A stretch of 64,000 nt of DNA from Candidatus Babeliales bacterium (GTDB lineage: Bacteria; Babelota; Babeliae; Babelales; JANWKD01), in assembly GCA_963762115.1 (NCBI GenBank), contig CAVXJH010000007.1, forward strand, positions 16,694-80,693. The letters run 5' to 3'. The position numbers and the translations under genes were made by a program. Shown here piece by piece: positions 28,966 through 38,813 of this stretch. Numbering within the stretch: position 1 is the first letter of the stretch; each line of letters opens with the position of its first letter. A model generated the notes under the pieces. The model saw only the letters and a program-made list of their open reading frames with translations. It was not told where the DNA came from and made no database searches.

Positions 28966-29688
28966 TTATCCTTCTGTTACCAAGTTAGTATACACATTCT
29001 TAACATCTTCATGATCTTCAAGACTACTCAAAAATTCATACGCTTTTTCTTCTTGTTCAGCTGAAAGTGCTACCGTATTTTGTGCAACCCATTCAATGTC
29101 AGCTTTTTCGACCTTTAACCCATTCTCCTGCAAAAGAGTTTTTACCTTTTCCAAAGATTTTGGATCACAAGTGATACTAAAAACCTCCTCATCAAAGGAA
29201 ATATCTTTAATATCATAATCAAGCAACAGCTCAAGTAAAGCATCTTCTGAAGTTTTACCACTCACTTGAACAACACCCATACGAGCAAACATCCACCCAA
29301 CTGAACCTGTTTCGGCAAGAGATCCGCCACTACTTAAAAATATTCTTCTTAATTCAGCAACAGTTCTATTTTTATTGTCGGTCAATGCATCAATAACAAC
29401 AGCAGTGCCAAATGGCCCATAGCCTTCATACATGTGCTCTTCATATTGCATTCCTGGCATTTCACCAGTGCCACGCTTAATAGCACGCACGGTGTTATCC
29501 ATCGGCATATTAATTTCTTTTGCCTTATCAAGCAATAATCTCAAGCGAGAGTTGGCATTTGGATCACCACCGCCAAGGCGTGCCGCCACGGTGATTTCTT
29601 TAATTAATTTAGTAAATTCTTTACCGCGCTTAGAATCTAATGACGCTTTTTTTCTTTTTATGGTTGCCCATTTGGAATGTCCTGACAT
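28966..29688 (-). CDS. yebC: YebC/PmpR-family transcriptional regulator
   Basis: MSGHSKWATIKRKKA...RAIKRGTG conserved N-terminus. Confidence 0.85.
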   Translation of the reverse strand: MSGHSKWATIKRKKASLDSKRGKEFTKLIKEITVAARLGGGDPNANSRLRLLLDKAKEINMPMDNTVRAIKRGTGEMPGMQYEEHMYEGYGPFGTAVVIDALTDNKNRTVAELRRIFLSSGGSLAETGSVGWMFARMGVVQVSGKTSEDALLELLLDYDIKDISFDEEVFSITCDPKSLEKVKTLLQENGLKVEKADIEWVAQNTVALSAEQEEKAYEFLSSLEDHEDVKNVYTNLVTEG

Positions 29689-29696
29689 ATTTGCTC

Positions 29697-30722
29697 CTAG
29701 AAGTTTAACAATGTCTTTTGACCAAAAAACTTTTGCTTTAAAAAAGGTAACATTTTATGAGGAATCTGTCGACCGCGGGCAGTTTTTTCTAAATATCCCT
29801 GGCGCATTAAAAATGGCTCATATACTTCTTCAAGCGTTTCTTTATCTTCACCCAACAAGGCCGCCAACGTTTCCAAGCCAACGGGCCCACCATTAAAATT
29901 TTCAACCATTTTTCTCAAGATCATTATATCAACCGTACTTAACCCATCCTCATTAATACCTAGAAATTCCAAAGCCTGTATCACTAAAGCATCTGTTGCT
30001 TGATTAAGGTTAGTAACCTGAGCAAAATCACGTACTCTGCGTAGAATCTTTTTTGCCGTTCTTGGCGTTCCTCGTGAAGATTTGGCAATAAGCAACGCTG
30101 CTTGCGGAGAAACAATCAAATCAAGAAAAACAGCATTTTGTAAAACAATTTTTTGCAATTCATCATCAGTATAAAAATCAAGTCGCTCAACAATACCAAA
30201 ACGACTCCGCAATGGCGCCGAAAGCATACCACTTTTTGTTGTTGCGCCAATCAACGTAAAAGGATGAATGGGTAAATTGATCGATTTTGCCCCTGCACCC
30301 TGACCGATAATGACATCAACACGAAAATGTTCCATGGCACTATATAATACTTCTTCAACATTGGTGGGCATACGGTGAATTTCATCAACAAAAAAAATAT
30401 CACGCGGTTCTAAACTTGTTAACAAAGCAACCAGATCACCGGTACGCTCAAGCATAGGACCACTACAAATTTTTATACCAACACCCATCACCTGCGCCAT
30501 AATTTGGGAAAGCGTTGTTTTCCCCAAGCCTGGAGGCCCAAAAAGCAACAAATGATCAAGTGCTTCCCCGCGCATTTTGGCTGCCTGCGTATACACACTT
30601 AATTTTTTCTTTAGTTCTTCTTGTCCCAAATATTCATCAAATGATTTGGGCACAAAATTGTGCAATTGTTCTTCGGGTGTCTCTTGTTGCAACAAGAGAC
30701 TAATTGAGTTTATTTCATGCAT
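29697..30722 (-). CDS. ruvB: Holliday junction branch migration ATPase RuvB
   Basis: Walker A GPPGLGKTT, Walker B FVDEIHRM, sensor regions; 341 aa. Confidence 0.9.
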   Translation of the reverse strand: MHEINSISLLLQQETPEEQLHNFVPKSFDEYLGQEELKKKLSVYTQAAKMRGEALDHLLLFGPPGLGKTTLSQIMAQVMGVGIKICSGPMLERTGDLVALLTSLEPRDIFFVDEIHRMPTNVEEVLYSAMEHFRVDVIIGQGAGAKSINLPIHPFTLIGATTKSGMLSAPLRSRFGIVERLDFYTDDELQKIVLQNAVFLDLIVSPQAALLIAKSSRGTPRTAKKILRRVRDFAQVTNLNQATDALVIQALEFLGINEDGLSTVDIMILRKMVENFNGGPVGLETLAALLGEDKETLEEVYEPFLMRQGYLEKTARGRQIPHKMLPFLKQKFFGQKTLLNF

Positions 30723-30939
30723 TATAATAACTATTTTATGTATTGAGTAATAATAACTGGTTCGATGTTATTTTTAATATGATCAAATCTAATTTTTTTT
30801 CATAATAAAGTCTATTGATCAACATTATAAATGCGACAATCACTCTATTTTTCTCTGTTCAAAAAACTGGTATTATAAGCAAAATTAACTTATTATAAAT
30901 ATTATTTTTTTATAGTATTTCTTACAAAGGAAAATATAT

Positions 30940-31521
30940 ATGTATTTTAAAAAATCAATCTTCACCTTATTTTTAACAATTTCTATTTTCAGTACAACGT
31001 ATGCCATGGACCTAATATCAAAAGAAACTTTGCAAGATAAAATTATCACACCAGCAATTATCTTAGGAATCGGTGCAGCAAGTGGTGCTGCTCAAGCGAT
31101 AATTATGAATAAAATAAATACACATTATCATGCTAAAAACCATTGGAACATTTCTAAAAATGCCATCTTGGGAGCTTTATTTGCAATACCCGCAACAGTC
31201 ATAGCAACGGCAGAGATAGACTCTTTGCCAAAGTTAGATAATGAAGGCATCATTTGGTCCGTCGCATCTTCAACTACTTACAAAATGATAATATGCATGG
31301 GTCATTATTATTTTATAAAAAAAGCTTTCATCGAGCAGAACAACTTTTTTAATACGCCCGAAGCAAGAAAAAATCGAAAAACAACTAACGATCTTCAAGC
31401 TTCCAATTTTTTTCAAAGTAAGAGCAAGCATCACTCTGCGGCCATTTTTTTTCTCAATCCAACGATATCAATTGTATCAACCTTTTTGACGGCATCAATA
31501 CGCAATAATCTCGATCATTAA
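30940..31521 (+). CDS. hypothetical membrane protein (193 aa)
   Basis: signal/TM segments; stop codon overlaps the stop of the rodA 3' remnant (cattaaac). Confidence 0.45.
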   Translation: MYFKKSIFTLFLTISIFSTTYAMDLISKETLQDKIITPAIILGIGAASGAAQAIIMNKINTHYHAKNHWNISKNAILGALFAIPATVIATAEIDSLPKLDNEGIIWSVASSTTYKMIICMGHYYFIKKAFIEQNNFFNTPEARKNRKTTNDLQASNFFQSKSKHHSAAIFFLNPTISIVSTFLTASIRNNLDH

Positions 31522-31598
31522 ACCCCTAAGCCCATATCAAACTTTCCCATAGCAATACCATGTAACCAGCCAAAGCTGACAAGCATTAACCCAATAAG
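31518..31598 (-). repeat. rodA 3'-end remnant copy A (encodes ...LIGLMLVSFGWLHGIAMGKFDMGLGV*)
   Basis: in-frame homolog of the intact rodA C-terminus with the same TAA stop context; most diverged copy. Confidence 0.75.
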
Positions 31599-31603
31599 AT
31601 GCT

Positions 31604-32398
31604 TTATCCATTCACTGAAATAAATGGAACCATTTTCCCGGTAACGCGAGGCAAAACACCATCCCATTTTTCTATTGCCTTAAATTGCGCTTCAATTTCT
31701 TGTAGACGAATCAATTCTAACGTTACTGATTCTTTTTTGACTTGCAATGAGAACGCTTCCGCTTCAGCGCGAGCTCGCGTCTGCAATGCTTCTTCTTGCA
31801 CTTTTACGGTTAAATTTTTCGCCGTTTTTGCACTTTGTTCTGCAATTTGCTTATCTTCAACTGCTTTAATAAAATCGGGAGAAAAATCAAGATGAATAAA
31901 ATTGAAATCAATTAAATCTAAATAACGAGGCGCTAACCGTTCTTTTAATTCATTAATAACTTTCTCTTTTGCTTCGTGTCGACTTTGAATAAGATCTTCT
32001 GCCGTAAATTTGGCAATAACAGCTTTTACACTTTCCTGAGTAAATGGATCAATAATAACCCGATCAAAATGTATTCCGATTTCTTGATATAATTTTAATA
32101 CATCGCTAATTCTATAATTGATAACCATACCAACCGAAACAGTTTGTAAGTCACGTGACATACCTTTTGTTTCAATTGCCGCCTTATTAATTTGTGTGTT
32201 AATTTTAATGATAGAATCAATAAGAGGAATTTTATAATAAAATCCTGATATGTTTTCTGTACTAATTACTCTGCCCAACCGCAATTGAATGGCGGTAAAA
32301 CCAGGTTCAATGGTATAAAATGATAAAGGTAAAAGAAAAAAAACCAGAGAGATTATTGCCAACAAGATAAGAGTGAATGCAGTACGAATATAATTCAT
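31604..32398 (-). CDS. SPFH/band-7 (prohibitin/HflC-like) membrane protein
   Basis: N-terminal TM, SPFH domain features, C-terminal coiled coil. Confidence 0.7.
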   Translation of the reverse strand: MNYIRTAFTLILLAIISLVFFLLPLSFYTIEPGFTAIQLRLGRVISTENISGFYYKIPLIDSIIKINTQINKAAIETKGMSRDLQTVSVGMVINYRISDVLKLYQEIGIHFDRVIIDPFTQESVKAVIAKFTAEDLIQSRHEAKEKVINELKERLAPRYLDLIDFNFIHLDFSPDFIKAVEDKQIAEQSAKTAKNLTVKVQEEALQTRARAEAEAFSLQVKKESVTLELIRLQEIEAQFKAIEKWDGVLPRVTGKMVPFISVNG

Positions 32399-32477
32399 GT
32401 AACAATACTTTCGATGAGACTTTTAGAAATTAATTAAGATACTATAAGTATAAATATATACCTGAAATGCACAACAA

Positions 32478-32546
32478 TTAAACACCTACCCCCCTATCAA
32501 ACCTTCGCATGGCAATACCATTCAACCACCCCAAATTGCCCATTTG
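32478..32546 (-). repeat. rodA 3'-end remnant copy B (encodes ...QMGNLGWLNGIAMRRFDRGVGV*)
   Basis: ~50-nt near-identical to the rodA terminus at 33159..33210. Confidence 0.8.
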
Positions 32547-32619
32547 CACTAATTGCATAAATTCATCATACTAAATAAGTAATTATATTTTAATAAGCAC
32601 ATTCATACTAGAGAAAAAT

Positions 32620-33159
32620 TTGAATATTTATCTATCAAAAAAGCTATTATTATTGCTATTATCTTTATCCCTCAATCTATTCTGTCTTTTACCCATAGAT
32701 TCCCGTTTTTCCTTACAAACATTTAATAAAGAATCAGATAAAAATTGGATCATTAAGTTATTTAATGCAAATTATGAACACCTAGTTGATCAAAATGCTA
32801 AAGATTTTTCAATTGAATGGACATTAGACAATCTAAGGCTTTTTCCAGAGTATAAAGAAAAATTAATTATAAAAACTGCCACTATTAAAACTATTCCTGC
32901 TGGCTTTATAGCTTATTCTATAGACAATAAAAATAGAGGTAACATCGATATGCTTTGTATTGATTCCCAATGGCGTAGAAATGGATGTGGCTTCAAATTA
33001 TTAAATTACGCCGTAGAAGATTTAAAGCAAAAAGGTATTTCAAAAATAAAATTAGGGGTTACGAACATAGCTGCTCAAAAATTATATGAAAAATATGGTT
33101 TTAAAAAAAAGAAAAAATGGCCATATGGTGATTCTATTATTATGGTCTTATCTCTTTAA
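32620..33159 (+). CDS. GNAT-family N-acetyltransferase (with N-terminal signal/TM)
   Basis: acetyl-CoA motif WRRNGCGFKLL...KLGVTNIAAQKLYEKYGF; stop overlaps the rodA stop (ctttaaac). Confidence 0.65.
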   Translation: MNIYLSKKLLLLLLSLSLNLFCLLPIDSRFSLQTFNKESDKNWIIKLFNANYEHLVDQNAKDFSIEWTLDNLRLFPEYKEKLIIKTATIKTIPAGFIAYSIDNKNRGNIDMLCIDSQWRRNGCGFKLLNYAVEDLKQKGISKIKLGVTNIAAQKLYEKYGFKKKKKWPYGDSIIMVLSL

Positions 33160-34268
33160 ACACCCACCCCCATATCAAACCTCCGCATAGCAATACCATT
33201 TAACCAACCAAGACTCGCAAAATTAATCCAAAGATTGGTGATTCCATAACTAATAAAGGGAAGCGGTATACCAACAATGGGCAATAAACCAATTACCATG
33301 CCAATATTAATAAATGCCGAAAGAACAATATGCAAAAGCAATCCCACTGCCAATAATTGAGCACTAATATTTTGTATACTCATAATGACCCAACACAATC
33401 GCCAAAATAATCCTATAAATAATAATAAAAGACCGAGTGCCCCAACAAAGCCAAATTCTTCACCAATCACTGAAAAAATAAAATCAGTTCTACTTTCGGG
33501 CAAGAACATAAACTTATTCTGTGTTCCCTCAAGAAAGCCCTTACCAAATAAACCGCCTGAACCAATAGCAATTTTTGATTGTTCAATCTGATAACGCTCT
33601 TTATACATTTCACCCTGACCCAAAAATACAGCAATTCGTTTTTGTTGATACGGCTTCAAAAAATGCCACGTTATAGGTGTTGTCATCAAAACAGCAAAAA
33701 AGAGATATATAAAAAATTTTTGCGGCATTCCCACAAACCAGATCATTAAAAAACCGGAAATAAGAACAATGAGAGCAGTTCCTAAATCCGGTTGTTTTAA
33801 AATTAATAAAAAGCTTACGCCTAATATGGTTAAAATGGGTAAAAATTCTTTAAATGCCACTTTAGGGAAATTCTTCTGGGTATAAAAGTAATAGGTAATA
33901 TAAGCAGGCAAAAATAGCTTTGCCAATTCTGAAGGCTGAAATTTAATAAAAAACAGGTTTATCCAACGCTGAGCCCCCATTCCTACACTACCTTTAATTA
34001 AGGTAAACAGAAGAAGCCCAATGACCACCCAATACAAAAAATACCCCCATCGACATAAAACACGGTAATCAATACCACAAAAAGCAAAATAAATCCCCAG
34101 CCCTGATAAAATGCCAAGAGCCTGCTTTTTAAAGAATAATGAATAAGGTTGACCTGTTTTATAGGTAGCACTATAAATTAAGATAAGGCCTATTCCTGAT
34201 AAAAAACAGGTTAAAACAAAGCTAAGCCAGTCAAAATAGCGCAAATAGCGCTGATCAATCAAAAACAT
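33156..34268 (-). CDS. rodA: SEDS-family protein (RodA/FtsW)
   Basis: 10-TM profile and conserved FtsW/RodA motifs (GQPYSL..., IGEEFGFVGAL, PFISYGIT). Confidence 0.8.
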   Translation of the reverse strand: MFLIDQRYLRYFDWLSFVLTCFLSGIGLILIYSATYKTGQPYSLFFKKQALGILSGLGIYFAFCGIDYRVLCRWGYFLYWVVIGLLLFTLIKGSVGMGAQRWINLFFIKFQPSELAKLFLPAYITYYFYTQKNFPKVAFKEFLPILTILGVSFLLILKQPDLGTALIVLISGFLMIWFVGMPQKFFIYLFFAVLMTTPITWHFLKPYQQKRIAVFLGQGEMYKERYQIEQSKIAIGSGGLFGKGFLEGTQNKFMFLPESRTDFIFSVIGEEFGFVGALGLLLLFIGLFWRLCWVIMSIQNISAQLLAVGLLLHIVLSAFINIGMVIGLLPIVGIPLPFISYGITNLWINFASLGWLNGIAMRRFDMGVGV

Positions 34269-34441
34269 GGGTATTCCTCATAAAACAGCATACAAATTGT
34301 AGTTAAAAAATAGATAATTTTAAGAAATTTGTCATGTATAAAGACAAAAGCCAATTTTAATTAAATAATCTATTTGACAATATTTAAAATTAAGAATATG
34401 ATTCTTTATAGTAATACGCTTTAAAATATCGAGGAGAAGCC

Positions 34442-36166
34442 ATGTTTAAGCAAATATATATAAAAATGTTTTCAATTTGCATTATAGCAGCCTTAACAAC
34501 TCAAAGTTTTGGCATGTTCATACTTACAAAAAAATTACATAAAAAAAACTGTGCATACGTTATGTATAGACAATCACAAAATGAAGAACAAGCAACAGTA
34601 TCATCTCATGCAAATAACCAAGAAACACTCTTTTCGGAAAAAGAAACTGATGCTCCTTTGGAAGCCTTAACAAGTTCCTCTGAAGAATCTGAAGAAACGG
34701 TGCAATCGAAAAGTATTTTTTCACGATTACTCGATTATTTTACCCCCGTACCAGCAACCGTAGAAGTTAACTCACACATTTATAATGGAAACAAAATTGA
34801 AATGTCTGAAAACCGTTGCATAAAACAAATCTATGTAACGAATCAATTTGGTACTCATGGTGGTGGCGATGCAAGTTGTGGCTATCAATCATTGAAAAAT
34901 GCTATTTATCTTATAAAGGCATTACAAGAATCTAGCACAACAGAGAGTTTAAATAACGATTTGAATAATCTTACTATTATCAATACTTTATTTGGACCAG
35001 TGCACAAAAACTCTGTCGGCACTTGGCGTGCAATCATCATGCAAAAGCGTGCTTTAATAGTATTCAAAAATTATATTTATCAACGCTTAGAACTTAAAAA
35101 ATTAGATGAAATACAAGAAAATACCTGTATACAATTTGAAAGCAAAAAACGTTTTCTTCTGAATAAAAGTAAAATTCGTGAGGTCTTTGCGACCTTACTC
35201 AATAAATATGCTCAAGAAGCAGCAGAAGCATTAACAAATGGCCAAACAACACAATTATATATTAATCCTGAACTTATCATTGAATATATTCAAAATAATT
35301 TAAATCCTGAAGTTATACAAGATCCTCAGGAATTTATAGAAGAAAGCTCCATTTGCTTAGATGAGAATCCAAGCATTGAATGTCATGACCTTGATGAACT
35401 ATTTGGTTTATTATATACCTACCTCCGAGAAAACAACACCATTGACACCTATATTAACCTTTCGTCAATAAAAACATTTGAGCTCTCCCTTGATAATTCA
35501 AAAGAGGCTTTTGATCTCTATAATAATAACAACTCAAATCCATCACAATTGGATGGTGATTGGCTCCAAGAAGAAGAAATTTATGCCTTAAAAAATCTTG
35601 AAGCAGCAGACAACATTCATTGTATGAAAGAAAGCAGAAATGGCCTATTGCATGGACTTGATTACAAGTTCACCATTATTGAAGATGTTAACGATTTAAC
35701 CGGCACACATGGTGACACTATTAATCACGAAATTTTCCAAGAAATAGAACTCAAATCACAAAAAGGTATTAATAAAGCAAAAACTGCCTTAGCAGCAGAT
35801 GAAATAAAAAAATATATCCATGCTTTTATTGTAGGAACTGCTGACAGATCTCGATCAACTCATGGTCATTGGTTTGTGTTACTGCTTTATAAGCATGACA
35901 ATATGCATGAATATATTGTTATGGATTCAGCCAATAACGCAAATCGCTTATATGACGAACGGGTGAAAAAAATTATTTCGCTACTAGAAAATCAAGATTT
36001 AACGGATAAAATTGTCGCATCACCTGAAGAATTAAAAGAACTTGAAAATAAAATTAGAACTAAAGTTGCTGAACATGATTTGGAAGCACTTGATCTTATT
36101 GAAAACTATAAACAATGTGGTGGAACAATTGATTTTTCTGAAGAAACACAAGCATTATTCTCATAA
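34442..36166 (+). CDS. secreted protein with C-terminal CE-clan (Ulp1-like) cysteine-protease-like arrangement
   Basis: signal peptide; ordered His (STHGHWFVLL), Asp (IVMDSANN, +19) and Cys (NYKQCGG, +64) near the C-terminus. Confidence 0.45.
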   Translation: MFKQIYIKMFSICIIAALTTQSFGMFILTKKLHKKNCAYVMYRQSQNEEQATVSSHANNQETLFSEKETDAPLEALTSSSEESEETVQSKSIFSRLLDYFTPVPATVEVNSHIYNGNKIEMSENRCIKQIYVTNQFGTHGGGDASCGYQSLKNAIYLIKALQESSTTESLNNDLNNLTIINTLFGPVHKNSVGTWRAIIMQKRALIVFKNYIYQRLELKKLDEIQENTCIQFESKKRFLLNKSKIREVFATLLNKYAQEAAEALTNGQTTQLYINPELIIEYIQNNLNPEVIQDPQEFIEESSICLDENPSIECHDLDELFGLLYTYLRENNTIDTYINLSSIKTFELSLDNSKEAFDLYNNNNSNPSQLDGDWLQEEEIYALKNLEAADNIHCMKESRNGLLHGLDYKFTIIEDVNDLTGTHGDTINHEIFQEIELKSQKGINKAKTALAADEIKKYIHAFIVGTADRSRSTHGHWFVLLLYKHDNMHEYIVMDSANNANRLYDERVKKIISLLENQDLTDKIVASPEELKELENKIRTKVAEHDLEALDLIENYKQCGGTIDFSEETQALFS

Positions 36167-36221
36167 AAAACTACATTTGCTCGAATAAGGGGAACTGGAG
36201 GTTTCACTTAGGTGGGGTTAC

Positions 36222-36247
36222 CATGCCGCGTAATTAAGCGCGGCATG
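36222..36247. terminator. bidirectional terminator hairpin
   Basis: perfect inverted repeat catgccgcg-taattaa-cgcggcatg between convergent genes. Confidence 0.6.
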
Positions 36248-36254
36248 TGCCATT

Positions 36255-37103
36255 TTAAAAAATCTTATAATGACACACTTCTTCTAATTCTTGGATAATT
36301 TTTTCAATAACTATTAAAGGCAACCGAAACTGCTTAAGCATAGTAGGTTTTCTCAAAAGATCTCGACACAAAACATATCCTTTTTGAATAAGAATTCTCT
36401 TTTGTCGATTATTAAGCGATGTTAAAACAGTAACAGGATATAATGCATACTTATCGATAAGTTCCGCTAAATTGTTTTTTAAAGGGTATGACCATGCGAG
36501 TAACTTCATATCTACACATTGAGCATACGCAATTGCTTCAGTGGTAAAATTAGTATTGGTAATAAGCATTTTTTGAACATGTTTTTTTTCAGGAAATTGT
36601 TCAATTATTTTTTTTTGAATATCATCAAAACGAGATTTAAAATAAAGAGGAACTTTGCTATCAGATTTCAAACCCTGGCGATTATGAAATTTACATTCAC
36701 CCACCATTATAGTTACGTCTTTAGTAGCAATAAGATCAATTTCATGACTTATACAACTTCCCTGAACAAATTTTCTTGTTTGGGTTATATAACCTTGATG
36801 CAAAAATAATTGAGCAATAAAATCTTCAAATGGATATCCCGAAGGACCCAACTGAATTAAAGCATTTTTTAAACTATAACGAGCGGCAATAGAAGGTTTT
36901 TCTTGTTGCAAAGCATTAAATGCATATTTATAAATTTCATGAGTAGTCTTGAGCTCAGTATTTTTTTCAATACTCTCAATTAATGAATCAATTACTAATG
37001 GATCAGCACCAGATTTTTCTAATGATCTTCTAAATTTTTGAGCATTAAATTCTTGAAGTTCACCGGATGCTTTTTTGATAATTTTTTTCATAGGTTCAAT
37101 CAA
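36255..37103 (-). CDS. ATP-cone domain fused to PD-(D/E)xK (Mrr-cat-like) restriction-endonuclease-like domain
   Basis: N-terminal ATP-cone-like IIKKASGELQEFNAQKFRRSLEKSG; C-terminal GYPFEDFIAQLFLHQGY...EIDLIA...GECK nuclease motifs. Confidence 0.55.
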   Translation of the reverse strand: MIEPMKKIIKKASGELQEFNAQKFRRSLEKSGADPLVIDSLIESIEKNTELKTTHEIYKYAFNALQQEKPSIAARYSLKNALIQLGPSGYPFEDFIAQLFLHQGYITQTRKFVQGSCISHEIDLIATKDVTIMVGECKFHNRQGLKSDSKVPLYFKSRFDDIQKKIIEQFPEKKHVQKMLITNTNFTTEAIAYAQCVDMKLLAWSYPLKNNLAELIDKYALYPVTVLTSLNNRQKRILIQKGYVLCRDLLRKPTMLKQFRLPLIVIEKIIQELEEVCHYKIF

Positions 37104-37173
37104 AAATTTTTTAATTTTTATAACTGAACATAAGCTTCACTTGATTAGCCCTATAAAGTCAACACAATAATTC

Positions 37174-38082
37174 TTATGATAACAAATCATTATTGCAATA
37201 AGAAACAGTTGGCAGCAAAGTATTTCTTTGTTGCTCAGGAATAATTCCCTTTTGATCAAAAAGCATTACAGGATCGCTATTAAAACACCGTGTTTTAAAA
37301 AGATTATAAAATTGAGCATAATAAAGGCGATCTAAAACAATATTCATTAAAGAAACATCTTCAACATGCTGCATAATGGGGCTTATCGCAGCAATAAGCT
37401 TTGGTTGCTCAGCTTCCAGGGCAAGAACCATAGAATAAGCAGAATTTAATATCGCAAATGCACGTTCATGCTCTTCACCATCAAAAGACATTTCATCAAA
37501 TGCTTTAAACATGGATGCAATACTATGTATTCTCATGGCAGATTTTTGATTATTCTCATGCGTTTGAGCGCACGAATTAATAAGCAAATCACTATTATTA
37601 TGCAAATATTCTTCAACAATTTTCATTCTTTCAAATGCAATCGCCTCAAAAATCTTTATTGCATTATTTTGTTCTTGTGAATCAAAATACTGCGTAACCA
37701 CTTGCCAAATTTTTTGTGTTTCTTTTCTATGCATACATAAACGATTAAGCTTTTTTATCAGATGAGTAAGCTTTTGTATTAATTCTTCTGAATTATCATT
37801 TTTTGTTTTTAATTTCCAAAGAGTCATCAAAATTTTTGATACCACTTTATCATACTTTATATCTGCCTGAGCATATTGATACGAAGCAAAAAGTGCGTTA
37901 GCAACAAGTTGTATTTCATCACCAGATACATGCTCAAAATAAGTATCAACAAGACATTCCATATGAGATGAAACCATTTTTGATAATGGGCTATTTGGTG
38001 ATTCTAAAATGAGAATTTCTTCGGAATACAATGAAAAAAGCGTTGCGTTCAAAAACAATACTACTAAAAAAACATTTTTCAT
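37174..38082 (-). CDS. hypothetical secreted protein (302 aa)
   Basis: signal peptide MKNVFLVVLFLNATLFSLYS. Confidence 0.45.
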   Translation of the reverse strand: MKNVFLVVLFLNATLFSLYSEEILILESPNSPLSKMVSSHMECLVDTYFEHVSGDEIQLVANALFASYQYAQADIKYDKVVSKILMTLWKLKTKNDNSEELIQKLTHLIKKLNRLCMHRKETQKIWQVVTQYFDSQEQNNAIKIFEAIAFERMKIVEEYLHNNSDLLINSCAQTHENNQKSAMRIHSIASMFKAFDEMSFDGEEHERAFAILNSAYSMVLALEAEQPKLIAAISPIMQHVEDVSLMNIVLDRLYYAQFYNLFKTRCFNSDPVMLFDQKGIIPEQQRNTLLPTVSYCNNDLLS

Positions 38083-38140
38083 AACGAATTATCCCATAGG
38101 TGAGGAATGAATAGCATATAAAGACTTAAAGGAAAAGAAA

Positions 38141-38216
38141 TGGTCGGGGCGGCCAGACTCGAACTGGCGACCCCTCGCTCCCAAAGCGAGTGCGCTACCA
38201 ACTGCGCCACGCCCCG
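38141..38216 (-). tRNA. tRNA-Pro (anticodon TGG)
   Basis: reverse complement folds as cggggcg-acceptor, D-arm gcgcagttggtagcgc, anticodon loop tTGGg, T-arm, CCA encoded. Confidence 0.85.
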
Positions 38217-38311
38217 ACAGACGTAATCAATGTAATAAAGGTAATGTAGCCGTTTTTATTGAGAAATGCAACTTCTTTTTAATGCGTATTTTACTCTACG
38301 CCTAAAAACAA

Positions 38312-38554
38312 TTATTCTTTGTCGTCGCACGTATCATTAAAATCAATTTTGAAATTAATTTTTTTTTGTTTAATTTTTTGTACAAAACCAAATTTAGTTT
38401 CAAAAAGCATAATAAGACCGCAATAAACCAGAATACTACCCAAAACTATTTTAAAGATTGGAATATCTAGGTTAAAAATAGCTTTCAATAATACCGTAAT
38501 ACCCAAGAGTAATAACAGCACACCGGCCAAAAAATTTCCATCCAAAAAATTCAT
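38312..38554 (-). CDS. possible small membrane protein (81 aa)
   Basis: the track ORF extends over tRNA-His; only the part from MNFLDGNF onward is plausible coding; no clear RBS. Confidence 0.2.
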   Translation of the reverse strand: MNFLDGNFLAGVLLLLLGITVLLKAIFNLDIPIFKIVLGSILVYCGLIMLFETKFGFVQKIKQKKINFKIDFNDTCDDKE

Positions 38555-38571
38555 AGAAAGCCCCAAAAAAA

Positions 38572-38648
38572 TGGGGTGAGTGGTGGGGCTCGAACCCACG
38601 ACCCTCAGAGCCACAACCTGATGCTCTACCAACTGAGCTACACTCACC
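38572..38648 (-). tRNA. tRNA-His (anticodon GTG) with G-1
   Basis: reverse complement: extra 5' G pairing with C73, anticodon loop tGTGg, T-arm, CCA; followed by cccc-tttttt-gggg hairpin. Confidence 0.85.
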
Positions 38649-38813
38649 ATAAATTATTTTAATTGCTTTTAAATGTACTGTTTTTTACGTCAAATTGCAA
38701 CCACTGCTTTATTTTAATGTATACATCAGGCAACCTTGTCTGTCTGAAGCCCTCATGCTACACTAAAAGCCTTCAATAGAGGAACTTTTAATAAACAATG
38801 GTAAAAAGCTACA

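Noticed and set aside
38555-38650. N-terminal part of track ORF 38312..38650
   Set aside because: This stretch is tRNA-His on the same strand; only the downstream hydrophobic part could be coding (kept at low confidence).
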